Assembly (NCBI GenBank): GCA_907165135.1
Contig: OU015568.1
Span: 496,001 to 560,000 of the forward strand
Reading direction: 5' to 3'
DNA from: Oikopleura dioica
Taxonomy: Eukaryota > Animalia > Chordata
DNA length: 64,000 nt
The position numbers were made by a program, and so were the translations under genes. The notes below the pieces were generated by a model, which saw nothing but the letters and a program-made list of their open reading frames with translations, did not search any database and had not been told where the DNA came from. Every line of letters begins with the position of its first letter. Position 1 is the stretch's first letter. Below, piece after piece: positions 49,090 through 60,800 of this stretch.

Positions 49090-50414
49090 TTTTGATAAGA
49101 TATTGAGATCTCAGTTTGTCATCACTGTTGATTTTTTTCCTGAGATAGACGGAAGAAAAATGTTTACCTTCCGTAGTTCTTGATTTCCAGAATAAGTTGG
49201 AAGCGGATTTTATGTAAAACCATTCGTCTTCTCCCTAAAAATATGTTGTTTTCGTAATATTAATGTTCACGTCCCTCGACATGTTTTTCAAAGAAAAAAA
49301 TAGTGCCATCGTCTTCTCCATCGCTATAAACCAGTTCCTTCTTGAGATTCTCCCGGAGGTATGTATTCTTTCCGGGCACCTCAATTTTGAATTTATACAT
49401 CTCTTCTGTCGACTTGAAAATGAGGCAATCTCTTGCTTCTCGAATACTAATTGCTGCTGGGTCAGTATCTGGATGTGAATCATACGTCACGTGCAGCTAG
49501 AAAGATTAATTAAGGTGCAGTTTACGAGATCTTGAATACCCCCAGTGCATGTCTACAACTGTGGCGCCGTTCGGCCATAGATCAAAGTCATACTGGCCTT
49601 CAGGCCGATCAAATCCAGGAGTGGTAGTGGTTGTCGAAGATGTCGTGGATGCTAAAGTTGTAGAAGTTGTTGAAGATGTCGTGGTTGATGGAGATGTCGT
49701 TGTTGTCGAAGATGTTGTGCTTCTCGAAGATTCCGTGGTTGATGAAGTTTTCGATGTCGAAAATGTCGTGTTCGTCGAAATGGTCGTGGATGCTAAAGAC
49801 GAAGTAGTTCTTGAAGATGTCGTGGTCGTCAAAGATATCGTGCCTGTCGAATATGTCGTGCTGGAAGAAGATGTCGTCGCTGTCGAAGATGTTGAAGAAG
49901 ATGAATATGTCGTCATTGTCGAAGATGTAGTGCTCGTCATAGATGTCGTGGTTGACGAAGACGTCGTTGTTTTCGGATATGTCGTGGTTGCTGAAAATGT
50001 CGTCGTTGTCGAAGATGTCGTAGATCCTGGAGATGTTGTCGTCGTCAAAGATGTTGTCGTTGATGAAGATGTCATCGTTGTAGAAGATGTCGTGCTGGTT
50101 GAAGATGTAGGTGTTGTCGAAGATATAATGGTGGCTATTGTTGTTTTATCGGAAGCTGATCTTGTCGTTGAAGTAGATGTTGATGTCAAACGTGATGTGT
50201 TCGTCGATGAAATCGTTGTTGAAGGCGTTGTAGGTGAAGAACCTGTCATAGTTTGCGTTGATTGACCTGTTGTTTTGGACGAGCCGTGGACGACTATTGG
50301 GGTTACGATTCCAACAATAAGACATGATATCCCTAAACGCTGTTAACTAAGGTTTTAATTTCGTTTCTCTCCACCGAATAGCACCAGAAAAATTCCGATC
50401 GTTTTTCTTCTCAT
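49090..50414 (-). CDS. Type II membrane mucin-like protein (Thr/Ser-rich stalk plus C-terminal globular domain)
   Basis: MRRKTIGIFLVL / CLIVGIVTPIVV TM segment, about 200-aa ST-rich repeat (49.6-50.25 kb), then globular exons at 49.1-49.6 kb. Confidence 0.7.
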
Positions 50415-51800
50415 CTTTTTCTCAAAAAGCCTCTGGCGAAATGCATCGAAAATCGGCGGTTTTATATGGCGCTTATAAAATCAAAAGAGTCGACACTTGA
50501 ACATATTTGCAAATATAAACACGCATAAATTGAAATGAACCAAAGTTCTGACAGGACTGCCCGTAGAGTTGCAAACTTATCATTGCTATCTGACGCGCGG
50601 AAGTAAGTCATTTTGCTTTATCCTTGGCATAATTGATATTCGCAATCTGGGTCAGTAGGAATCGCAAATAAGAATTTTCGACGGCGATAGGAAAAAATTA
50701 GTCGTGTTATTTTTTCATAAAAATTTTTATAAAAAATGAAGCAAATATCAGTTACATCATTATATGCAACAAAATCTGTCTAAAAATTGTGAAACTTTCA
50801 ATAAATCAATATTAACCGTTCACTCTTGACCTACTTCTGGAAATAAGACGGAACAAATCTCCAATAGTGAGGAGAAAAAAGCTATCACATTATGAGTTTT
50901 TTCAACTTGAAAGAAATGATGCCTTACTAATGGGCAGCAAAAAATTTTTTTTATTAGGTTTTCAAGAAAAGAAACTCAAAATTGACCCAAAAACGTAGGA
51001 AAAGTAATTAAATCAGCGTCAAAATACCGTTAAAATGCACATAAAGCAGATGCAAGAAGGTGATAACGGTGAATATTTTATATTTAGCCAGAGACAAAAC
51101 CAGAGAGATTCATGTCGACAAAGATAGAAAATGAATCTGTACAAAGCACTTGAGATATTGACTCTTTTGAATTGCTGTTTTTCGTTACACGTGGATCAAG
51201 ATAGACATTCGGTCTCCATGAAAGATACCATGAAGGGAACACTTTTCGACGACTTTTTGAAAATCTTGCTTTTTAGAGAGGATGCTGACTGTAATTGGCT
51301 CACGAGTTTCATGTGCAAATGAAAGAAAAATAAATCATACTTTGCTTAACCCAAAAATCTAGGGCCTAAATGAATCTGAAAAAGAGTCTTCCTTGATTTC
51401 AAATCGAAATCCCGATCTCGCGAATTTCAACTCTACTTTTTAGTTTATCCTACACAGTTTTACCTACGCTTATTCGAACTTGATTCTCTGTCTATTTTTT
51501 TATCATTTTTTTATTGACGATCGAAGAAAGATCTTTTCTTGAGACATTTTGCAAAAAAAAGAGAAAAAAACGATGAATATCGTCATTTTATAAACAGGAG
51601 TAGGTAAGTCTTTTTGGTCAATAATTATGGATAATTATTGTAATTTGCACTTTCATAATACTTATATAATTTTTATATAAAAAATTATGCTGTAACATGC
51701 TATTTTCAGCGCGTACGTAACGCCGTCGATTGATGGCGCCAGGTGAAAAGGGAAGCAAGAAAAGAAGAAAATTTATTGAAAAAAGGCGGTAGAAACTTTT

Positions 51801-54800
51801 ATGGAGAGAACTCATCGAACTGTTCATTGGTTTCGTAAGGTATGGTTCTCAAGCATATTAAAAATTTTGGGACGGCTCTATTCTAACAAATTTATTACTC
51901 CTGAGAGGGTTGTCATTTTAGGGTAAGGGTTTGGTTGGGGTTAGGGTTAAGGTAAGGGTAGAGCTAGGGTAAGGGTTTTGTCAAAATTCTTTAAAATGGG
52001 TCATTTTAAATGGTACTCCTTTATCGTTTTAGATGTAGAGCTAGAACACGTTTTAATGTCTCCTTATTTCATTATTTTTGTCGAATGATTCGAGTCGAAT
52101 AAGGAATCTCTGTTCATATTCTTTCTGTCTAGAAATCGGGAAACTGTCATTGAATCAATATTGTGCTTTCATAATTGACCTACTTCTCTCATCAATCGAT
52201 GAAATTCACGTAACTAATCATTCTTCTAGGGGCTGAGGCTTCACGACAACGAAGCACTGTACCATGCCGTAACAACAAGTCAGGTCTGTTTAGAACTTGT
52301 TAATCAATAAAAAAAACGCTCATCATCAATTTTCAAATTGATTTCAGGTTGTTTTCCCAATCTACATCGTCGACGTCAGCTGGCAAAAGGAAAAAGAAAA
52401 GTTTTCAGCAATCAAGACACGATTCTTGATCGACTGCTTGAAAGATTTGGACGAAGGGTTGAAGAAATGCGGGACAAGACTGTATGTGCTTACGGGAGAT
52501 GCGACCCAAGTTATCAAGAAGTTTTGCAAAGAAAATGAAATCACCCAAATGACCTGGATGAAAGATGCGGAGATTTTTTACAGGTCAGCAAAGAAAATTT
52601 ATTTCTTCTTTTTTTAGTTAAAAATTTCAACCGTTCTTTAGAGAACGAGATGAAGAAATCACCAAGGTCGTCCATCGAATGGAAATCAAAACCAAGTCCT
52701 TTCTCGGCCACACTCTTTACGACCCAGACGAAGTCATTGCCAAAAACGGCGGAAAGATCCCACTGACCATGGAAGAATTCTACGAAACCATCAACGACAT
52801 GGAACAACCAGGAGCACCCTGCCCGACAGTAACTGCCAAACACTTCAAAAACTGCCTTCCCAGAGCCGTGGAAAATCATGATAGCTTGTATGGAATTCCG
52901 AAGATTGCTGCTTGGGGTCACAGTGCTCCCAGATCGCTGACGATTTATAAGGGAGGAGAACGACAAGCGCTCAAGGTCTTGAAGGCAAAAATGGCGGATT
53001 CGACACTTTTTACGCTCAATGGGTAAGAGATCTGACTTTTCTAGACAATCGGTTTTCAATTGGAAAACCAGAAATAGAAATTTTGATCGAAAAATTTATA
53101 TTTTTGATATAAATTTCCTGGAGCTATCGTTTATTTTGTTGGTAATTTTCTAATGACTCACACTCGAAATAATGTATTCATTTTGATTATAAGAAGCTAT
53201 GAAAAATTCTTCTTTAGTTTCAATCAAGGGGTGAAAACAAAACTTCCGCACACGACGTACCTCTCTCCTTACCAGAACTACGGATGTATCTCCACCCGTT
53301 TCTTCTGGAAATCCGCCGAAAAGCTCCCTGCGGAAAAGACCATCATCCTACGCGGACAGATGATCTATCGAGAATTTTTTTACGTAGCTGCGTCGCAAGT
53401 CAATAATTTTACCAAGGTAAGGACGTCGAATTAAGATCTTTCGCCAGAAATAAATAATTTATTTAATAATAATAATAATCTTATTAAGATGACTGGCAAT
53501 CGAATCTGCCGCCAAATCGATTGGTACGAAAATGCTGATCATTTGAAAGCCTGGAAAGAAGGAAAAACGGGGTATCCGTATATTGATGCTGTTATGAGTA
53601 GGCTTACCGGACTAAATTTCGGCCCATTTTTCCAACTTAGTTGGAGGGTCATATGATACAGTTTTAGAAAGCCCAGAAACTGGGCTTTCATTTAGGCACC
53701 ATATAAGGGGTTCAGGGTTATGCCCGCAAGGCAATTCATGGGACCTAAAGTTCAAAAATAGGCACTAGAATACTTCAAACTATTTTTCGGAGGCGGGCCG
53801 GCCTCTAAAGCCATCAAAACTCATATATTTAGAAAGCTCAGGCTCTGAGCTTTCAGTAAAGCCCTAGAAATCTTAGTGCAAAGCCGTTTTTGGCCACCTA
53901 TGGGCGCTAGAATGTCCGTAATAGAGGCCGGCCCGCCTTCGAAAAAATAGTTTGAAGAGTTCTAGTGCCTATTTTGGATCTTCAGGTCCCATAGATTGCT
54001 CTGCGGGCATAACCCAAACCCCTTGATATGGTGCCTAAATGAAAGCCAAGTTTCTGGGCTTTCTTAAACTGTTGTTATGGTCCATAACTTATGATTACAA
54101 AAACGAAAGTCGAGTCTCGAGCCAAGCTCACAGAATCCGAAGCTGAGGGGCGAGCGCGAGCACCAACTGCGAAGCGCGAGCTCATCACTCAACTCGGAAC
54201 TGCACCTCAGAAATATAGTCGAACTCGAAGTGAGACTTGTGAGCGAGCGCTCCTATAAAAGTGCCTGACCATGCCCATTTTCCTCATTCTGGCCTGGCCC
54301 CAGAATCACAAATAAACACCGAATTATCGTCAATCCAAAAGTAGTATGCTTACTTAGCAGGAACTTAGCTTAGTACATAGAAGTCATAAATGAGGAAGCA
54401 TATTACAACATTGGTGTCAGAAGTATTGACGAACCTGCCCGCCTGCTGCTCCGATCCTGATTGATGACCGTTGGTACGATTCCCGATCAATCATTGTTGT
54501 CAACAAAAATAGCACCTGATTCTACGAATGTAAGCAGTCATGGCTGAATGCGCAACGAATATGGGTAATTACGATTTGGAAATCCGAAATCTGCGCCATT
54601 TCCGCCGATCCCGAGATAGAAGACACAGAAAAAAAGAATTTTCGCGATTTTCAAGCTCCACAATAGAAGCCGCCAAAACCAGATACGATTGCAACACAAT
54701 TAAGACCAGAAATAATGAGTGTGGAACAAGGCAGCAACGTTACGACTAGAATCAAACAAATGTATCTCGAATTGATTCCCGACGCACTCGCCGGCAAACG

Positions 54801-57800
54801 ATACCCGATTGGCCATCAATCGGAAAGTGACGGAATTATCGGCTCAATCGTAGTGATGATTCAAAGAACGGCTAACTCTTCAGCCCTGCCAAATTATTCA
54901 CCAAGAACAGCTCTGAGAAATCTTGAAAGAATCCTCGAAACCAGCCCTGCGCCAACTACGCTTGATGAGCTGCTAGAATGGCACTTTATCATCGCAATTG
55001 AATTTCGCCGCATCCGGACGAACTACATTTCTCTTTACGCAGCCCAAAAGCAAACGGCAAGGTTTTTCTTTAGAAAAATCAACAATGAACGGACCTGGTC
55101 TCTGCTGCTCAATTCAAACCTGGATAACTGTGAACTTTGTCGTACAACTGACCATCGAATCCGCCAATTCGCATCTGAATACGAGGCGCAGCGAGAATAA
55201 CGGCGGGTACAACGAGCGTTCGCAATCAATGGCCAGCCACAAAGAAACCTCCCCTTCCCGACAAGCTCAAATACGCGTAAAATCCCCCTTTCAGCAAAGC
55301 TTCCTGAAAAACTAAGTCACCGACGGGGATAGCTAAGTTGATGCTTTAATGTAAATTAACATTATTTATTAAGCCTAACTACCTCATTAAGCTAAGAAGG
55401 CTTCAGCAACAACAGCTTTACCAACAAAGAATTTCGTCTTTTACAATTTTCAACCGTTTAACGCCATTTCTTTGACCAAATTTCATGCTTGCAAAGATAA
55501 ACAAAAAGGAAGAAAAGACATATTAACTATGGATTCCTTATTTAGACTGCGAAACCCAAAAATGTCTTCTCGAAACAACGAATTCAAATCTACCAAGACT
55601 AACCCCGATGCCCCGCTCACTGATCCTGAGCCTGAAACCAGCGGAAAAAACACAAGAGGGACTCAGACGAACACCTTTCTCTCAGACAGTGAGCAAGGAC
55701 ACAAAAGAACAGAATTGCCGAAGCGGGATCCCGACAAAGTCATCATATCAAGCCCGGAAAAATATGGACTTCGGAACTGGACTGAGCCGAACCTGACGTT
55801 CTGGGAACATTTCAACCGAAACAAGAGTGCTTTCAAATACGCTCGCGAGTCTGGGCTGTCTGACAAACAGATGATGAACTTGCTCATCATGACGCTTCGA
55901 CCTCGAGATCGTTACATCGACGAAATCATAGAAGATAGCGAACGCAAAGACTTCGAATCATTTGTGGATTCCGTCGGAGCCCTTCTGGGTCCCTCCAGAT
56001 CAGCGACGGCAACGGATGTGCTGAGGATGACTCGCGGCCAAAATGAAACGCTTATGCGGTTCTTCTTGCGTCTCTGCTCGAAATACAAAACAACAACAGG
56101 AAAGGACCCAAGGGCCACCGAAGCGGTTTGCATTCTTCAGGTTATGACAATGAAGAACTGCAATCAACAAGAATACGCTGAGATGACACGCCTACTTGGA
56201 ATTGACGATGATGATATCACTTTCAGTCAATTAAAAACTGCAGTTCGAAAAACCTTTACATGGACTAAATAGGTAACAGTCGCTTGCGACTGCTTTTACG
56301 GAAAATAACAAAAATTTCGGCACATTGGATCATAATCGAATCAAGCGGATGATCTACATTCAAAGAAGTGAGCAAAAATTGCGCTTCTGCAATGAGTGAT
56401 ACTTTCAAATCGACGGGCGCGAGCGACTTTGGCAATTGTGGGAGTGAGTTGGAAGCCCTGCACTTAGCCACCTGCGCGAAACCTGACCTGGTCTGATCAA
56501 CCCTAAGGGTCTCGAATCCCGCCTGCTTTAGGAAAGAAGAAGCCGCCCGATCCTGGCGCGATGAAACCATCTTCATTGTACTGAAACTTTAGATCCGTAT
56601 CCGTTTACACTTAAATTTTACCAAATTACACGGTAGAGTTAACGAATGGAACTTTTAGAAATAATGGAAATATTCGAAACGATACAGCCGACTGGAATCA
56701 TCAACATGAACTCTGCTTGGGCTTTTCGAGGGCGATTTTCAGTCCATCAACAACGTACACGTTTGATGCACAGAATCCCGGAAATCGCAAGGGCAAAAAC
56801 CTGCGCAGCGGTGGACACTGGAACACGGGATGTTCGGAATCAACAACCTTTGGTGCGGGCGAAAAGCAATGTCGATCTCGATGTGGAGCCGAGGAAACAA
56901 TAACCCTGATCAACTAACGAAAACACGACAGAATTAGCTAGCTTGGAGACGGGATTTTCCACATAAAAAGCTCGAAGTCACTTCAAGGGCAGAGAACAAA
57001 AAGGAATAAGCAAGCAGAAAGGATTCGACATTGATCCAAGATGAAACGTGTTGAGCGCAAACTGCCTGAAAAATCGCAACACAGTTGGGCTTGCGATGTG
57101 CTACGAAACGATTTCATCATAACGAAATAACATCGCCAAAAAATGACGAATAAGAAAATTGAAGGATGGGCCCAAACGCGAAAACGACTCCTTCGAAATT
57201 CAAACAAAAACGACACAAAAGGTATGTAAAGGGTTACTTACAAACAACAATGACAGTAGTATAGTAGTAATTATGATCTTATGAATAGTCTTTATCAAGC
57301 GAAAACCGGTTCAATAAAAATTGAAAAACAAATTATGATTGAGAATCATAAAAGACTTAAAATCTAAGCTGAACTAACCTCTGAAAGTTTTGCGATGTAA
57401 AAATGTTTTCGGCATAGGCCTTATTTTTACGTTTCGCAGGCAAACTGTAGACCGGTGACAGATGTAATTATCACCTTGCAGAGGGATAGGCAAAGACAAT
57501 CTTGACTTCGCCATACGCATGGATCATGCATGTGGTCTCTCGCTAAGTAAAGGTATTTATCATAATAGGGATTCCATTTGGAGGGCAGTTGGTCTCCGTA
57601 TACTGCCAGGGAGCCTAAGGCACCCCGTAAATGACGTTTGGCCATTTCACTACACGAAAGTGGGCCCATGGAGATTCACTTTTAAAAATCTCTAAACGTC
57701 TGTGGGAAGGAATAAGCCCACCGATTTCTTTTCGCGTCAGAAATCAGTAAGTAAATAAACCACAAAGCGAGAGCAAATCAGCTCAAATAATAAGTTTTCA

Positions 57801-60800
57801 CGACAAATTAACAAATTTTAAACTTTGATGTTGATAAGATGCAAATATAAGTCAGCGCTTGATAAAAACTAAGATTTGTAAAAGTATTCAAGGTGAAAAA
57901 CTGATAGTAAATATTTTAATTTGGTAGTTATTAGTAATTTGACAGCCATTAGGAAAATTTGAGGAAAAATGGCTTCTGTAACAACTTTTGAAAAAGTTAA
58001 TGATCTCAAAGAAAAATTATCGATTTCGATTCACATGAAAGACCTGAGTCGGAGAAGGAGCTAATTTACTTTTGGGTCGTATTCCGGGGACCGGAATCTA
58101 AAACGACCGGGAAATGTTTTTTGAGAAGCGCAGCTTTTATCCAGTGTTTATGTCCAATATAAGTTCCTTCAAGATTTAGTGCTAATGGAGCGTGCCTAAC
58201 AATTGTCCAAATTTACAATGGTAGATAACTTTTGACTCATCCAAATCAAGCAAAGAAAAAGTTCGCATTAACAAAAACATGGATCAAAACTAGTGCGGAG
58301 TATTTTCGCTCAGTCAAGGTTTTAGAGATTATCAAGCTATTCTTTTGATATAAAATGATACTCGTGAAGGTCACGTGACGCGGAGAATTTTTTGATGCAA
58401 CAAAGCTTTCGAGTGCTTGTCCCCTGCTTATGCTAGAACCGAATCTTTGAAATGACGGCTCGAATTGAGATTCGTAGTCAACGAAAAATTGTTCGGGGTC
58501 TCTTTAAAGATAGAGGCTTACTTTAATTATGAGCGCAAAACCCTTTGGGTTCGGTCGATTTATAAAATGAAATTCTTGCGTTTTAAGTTGCATTTGATTT
58601 AAGAAAATTTGAGCCCCCAAGTTATGGAATGAATTTCTTATTGGCCATTTTAAATAAAGAATAAAACTGTGTTAAACATAATTAAACTGAAGGTTAGAGT
58701 AAGATAATTTGAAATCTTTGATTTGTGAGTATTTCATTTTCGGGAAAACGGCGAATCCGAAAATTTAAAAGAAATGCATACCCTTAAATTGTACTTAGTC
58801 TGAAAATGCGCTGAAAAAGAATTGCTCCCGACTTACTTAAGATGTTTTCAAAAATTCGTCTTCCATCTTTTTCTTTCTTTGCTTTTCTTCTTTTAACCTC
58901 TAGATTTGGAAAAAATCATTTTCACGGCCTTTTTGAGCGATTTTTCAAAATGAGAAATTCTGAAATTCAGACACTCGGTTGAAGCGCTCAGGAAGAAACC
59001 ATAAAAATAAAGAGGTCAAGGCGGCGAAGGAGAAGTTCGAAATTTTACGGCCAATAAAATAATTAGGAGCGAACAGTATTGAGAACACCACCGTTACGCG
59101 CGAATAACTCTGGGAGGGTCAATTCTAGCGCAGATCACGGGCTTCAATAAAATGTGCAAATCGGCCGAATATTAAGGTTACTAACATCGATTGGCTGAAC
59201 TTGATCTTTGTTTCTCAGAACCAATCATAATCTTCACTGATGAAAATAATGTTCAATTATTGAAAATTTTTGACTTAAGGACCCCCAACCCCGCTTTGGA
59301 ATCAATCGACTTTAAATTCTTCTTTACGAATTTCGACTGTAGCTCAGGTGACGGTAGAAATTCTTATAACAAAATCTTTCGAGCGCAATCTCAAATATTG
59401 CCGAAAATCGACTTTTTAAATTCAAAGTCTGATACTTTTTCGAAACAGCAAGTAAAATCGACTAAGGGTGTCGCCACGAAATTTCATCCGCACGAACCTG
59501 ATTTTCGGAAAGCGCAAAATTAATAATCTTTATCGGACTCTATCCCCTTAGATTATTTAATAAAAACTAGCCTTAATACAGATTTTTCCGAAAATTTGGT
59601 CCGCACGAGACTCAATTCACCAAAAACTGACGGAACCTCCTTAAATTCAGGAAACGACAAAATATTTTCAACAATCAGAATAAGCCCCTTTAAAAATCGA
59701 TAGCCGTACCCTTAAGATAAATATTCATTAAAATAGTACTTTCATTCATTCCCTTTTTCTTCCTCTTTGAAAAAACAAGCCCTATTTAAAAAGGAAAACC
59801 CCGTTTCCTTCAATTGGAAGTAAACAGTTCATAATTGAAATTATTTAGCTTACGTCTGTCTTTATCGAAAATCTGATGGAAATCAGAACATGTGAACTAA
59901 AAGAATCAACGACTTTAAAAATTTCGCCGAGTGTTTCTTTTCACAAAGAAAAGTCGCGTTAAAGTCAAAAAGAAGATTGTTATTATGATAAAACCTATCC
60001 TCCTGTAGTTCAACGCTAAAGATTAACTGTAAGTTCAATTTTATGGGCTCACTTTAAAAAAAAAGAATACCATGATCGATGAGCTTTAAAAAAAAAGGGA
60101 TATATTCTCAGATTCTGTTCTAAAACATTAATTAACGGCATTTAAAAACAAAATTCTGAACAACAACGTTTTTTCACGGAAAGCGGACATTTTTTACTGT
60201 AATAGTTCTTTTTATACAGTTTTTGCTAAAAGCTCTTCTTTTGAAGAAACATAGCTAGAACGATGAAATTTTCAGCTGTTAAAGACATCCATTATTGTTA
60301 GCTGACAGAAATTATTAGAACTCTGATTCAGATCATGAGTAACAGAAACGATTTTTCGAGTGGTCGCATTGAAAGAGCCGGTAGAACGAGCTCTGTCAAT
60401 AGAAAAGCCGAAGAAACACCCATCAATTGGCTCGTTACAACAACTTTCATGTTCGTTTTCGTCGAAGGATGCCGAATAGTAACGCCAAACCCTGACGAAG
60501 TCTGCGTTATTTGTTCAATGCGAGACGGTGAATCAAGTATGAAGATGGGTATCAAAGCAAAATGTGGGCACTTTCTTCACATAAACTGCTTCCTTGAGCG
60601 ATGCCAAAAATATGATCATTGTCCTGCTTGCTGGGACTCGATGGGACTTCGTCTCTTTACGACACACATGGAGAATCATACAAACGGCCGTTTATGCCCG
60701 AATTGTCGAAAGGGTAACCCCACAGTAACACTGCGCTGTCTTCACTCCTTTCATCCTGAATGCGCCGTACAATTCGCTCGCCTTACAAGAAAATGCATAC

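Noticed and set aside
49549-50265. 238-aa Val/Asp/Glu-rich plus-strand ORF
   Set aside because: Antisense shadow of the Thr/Ser mucin repeat.
51188-51193. Circadian E-box (CACGTG) about 610 bp upstream of CRY
   Set aside because: A single hexamer is expected by chance; others occur at about 49487 and 58373 without context.
40018-51976. True telomeres or chromosome ends (TTAGGG-like tracts at 40.0, 46.5 and 51.9 kb)
   Set aside because: Short, degenerate and interstitial; two lie inside MITEs and one in an intron.
56300-60300. pol (PR/RT/RH/IN) or env in the LTR element
   Set aside because: No DTG/DSG, YxDD, HHCC or DDE motifs seen in any long frame; only short ORFs. An HMM search is still needed to exclude decayed remnants.
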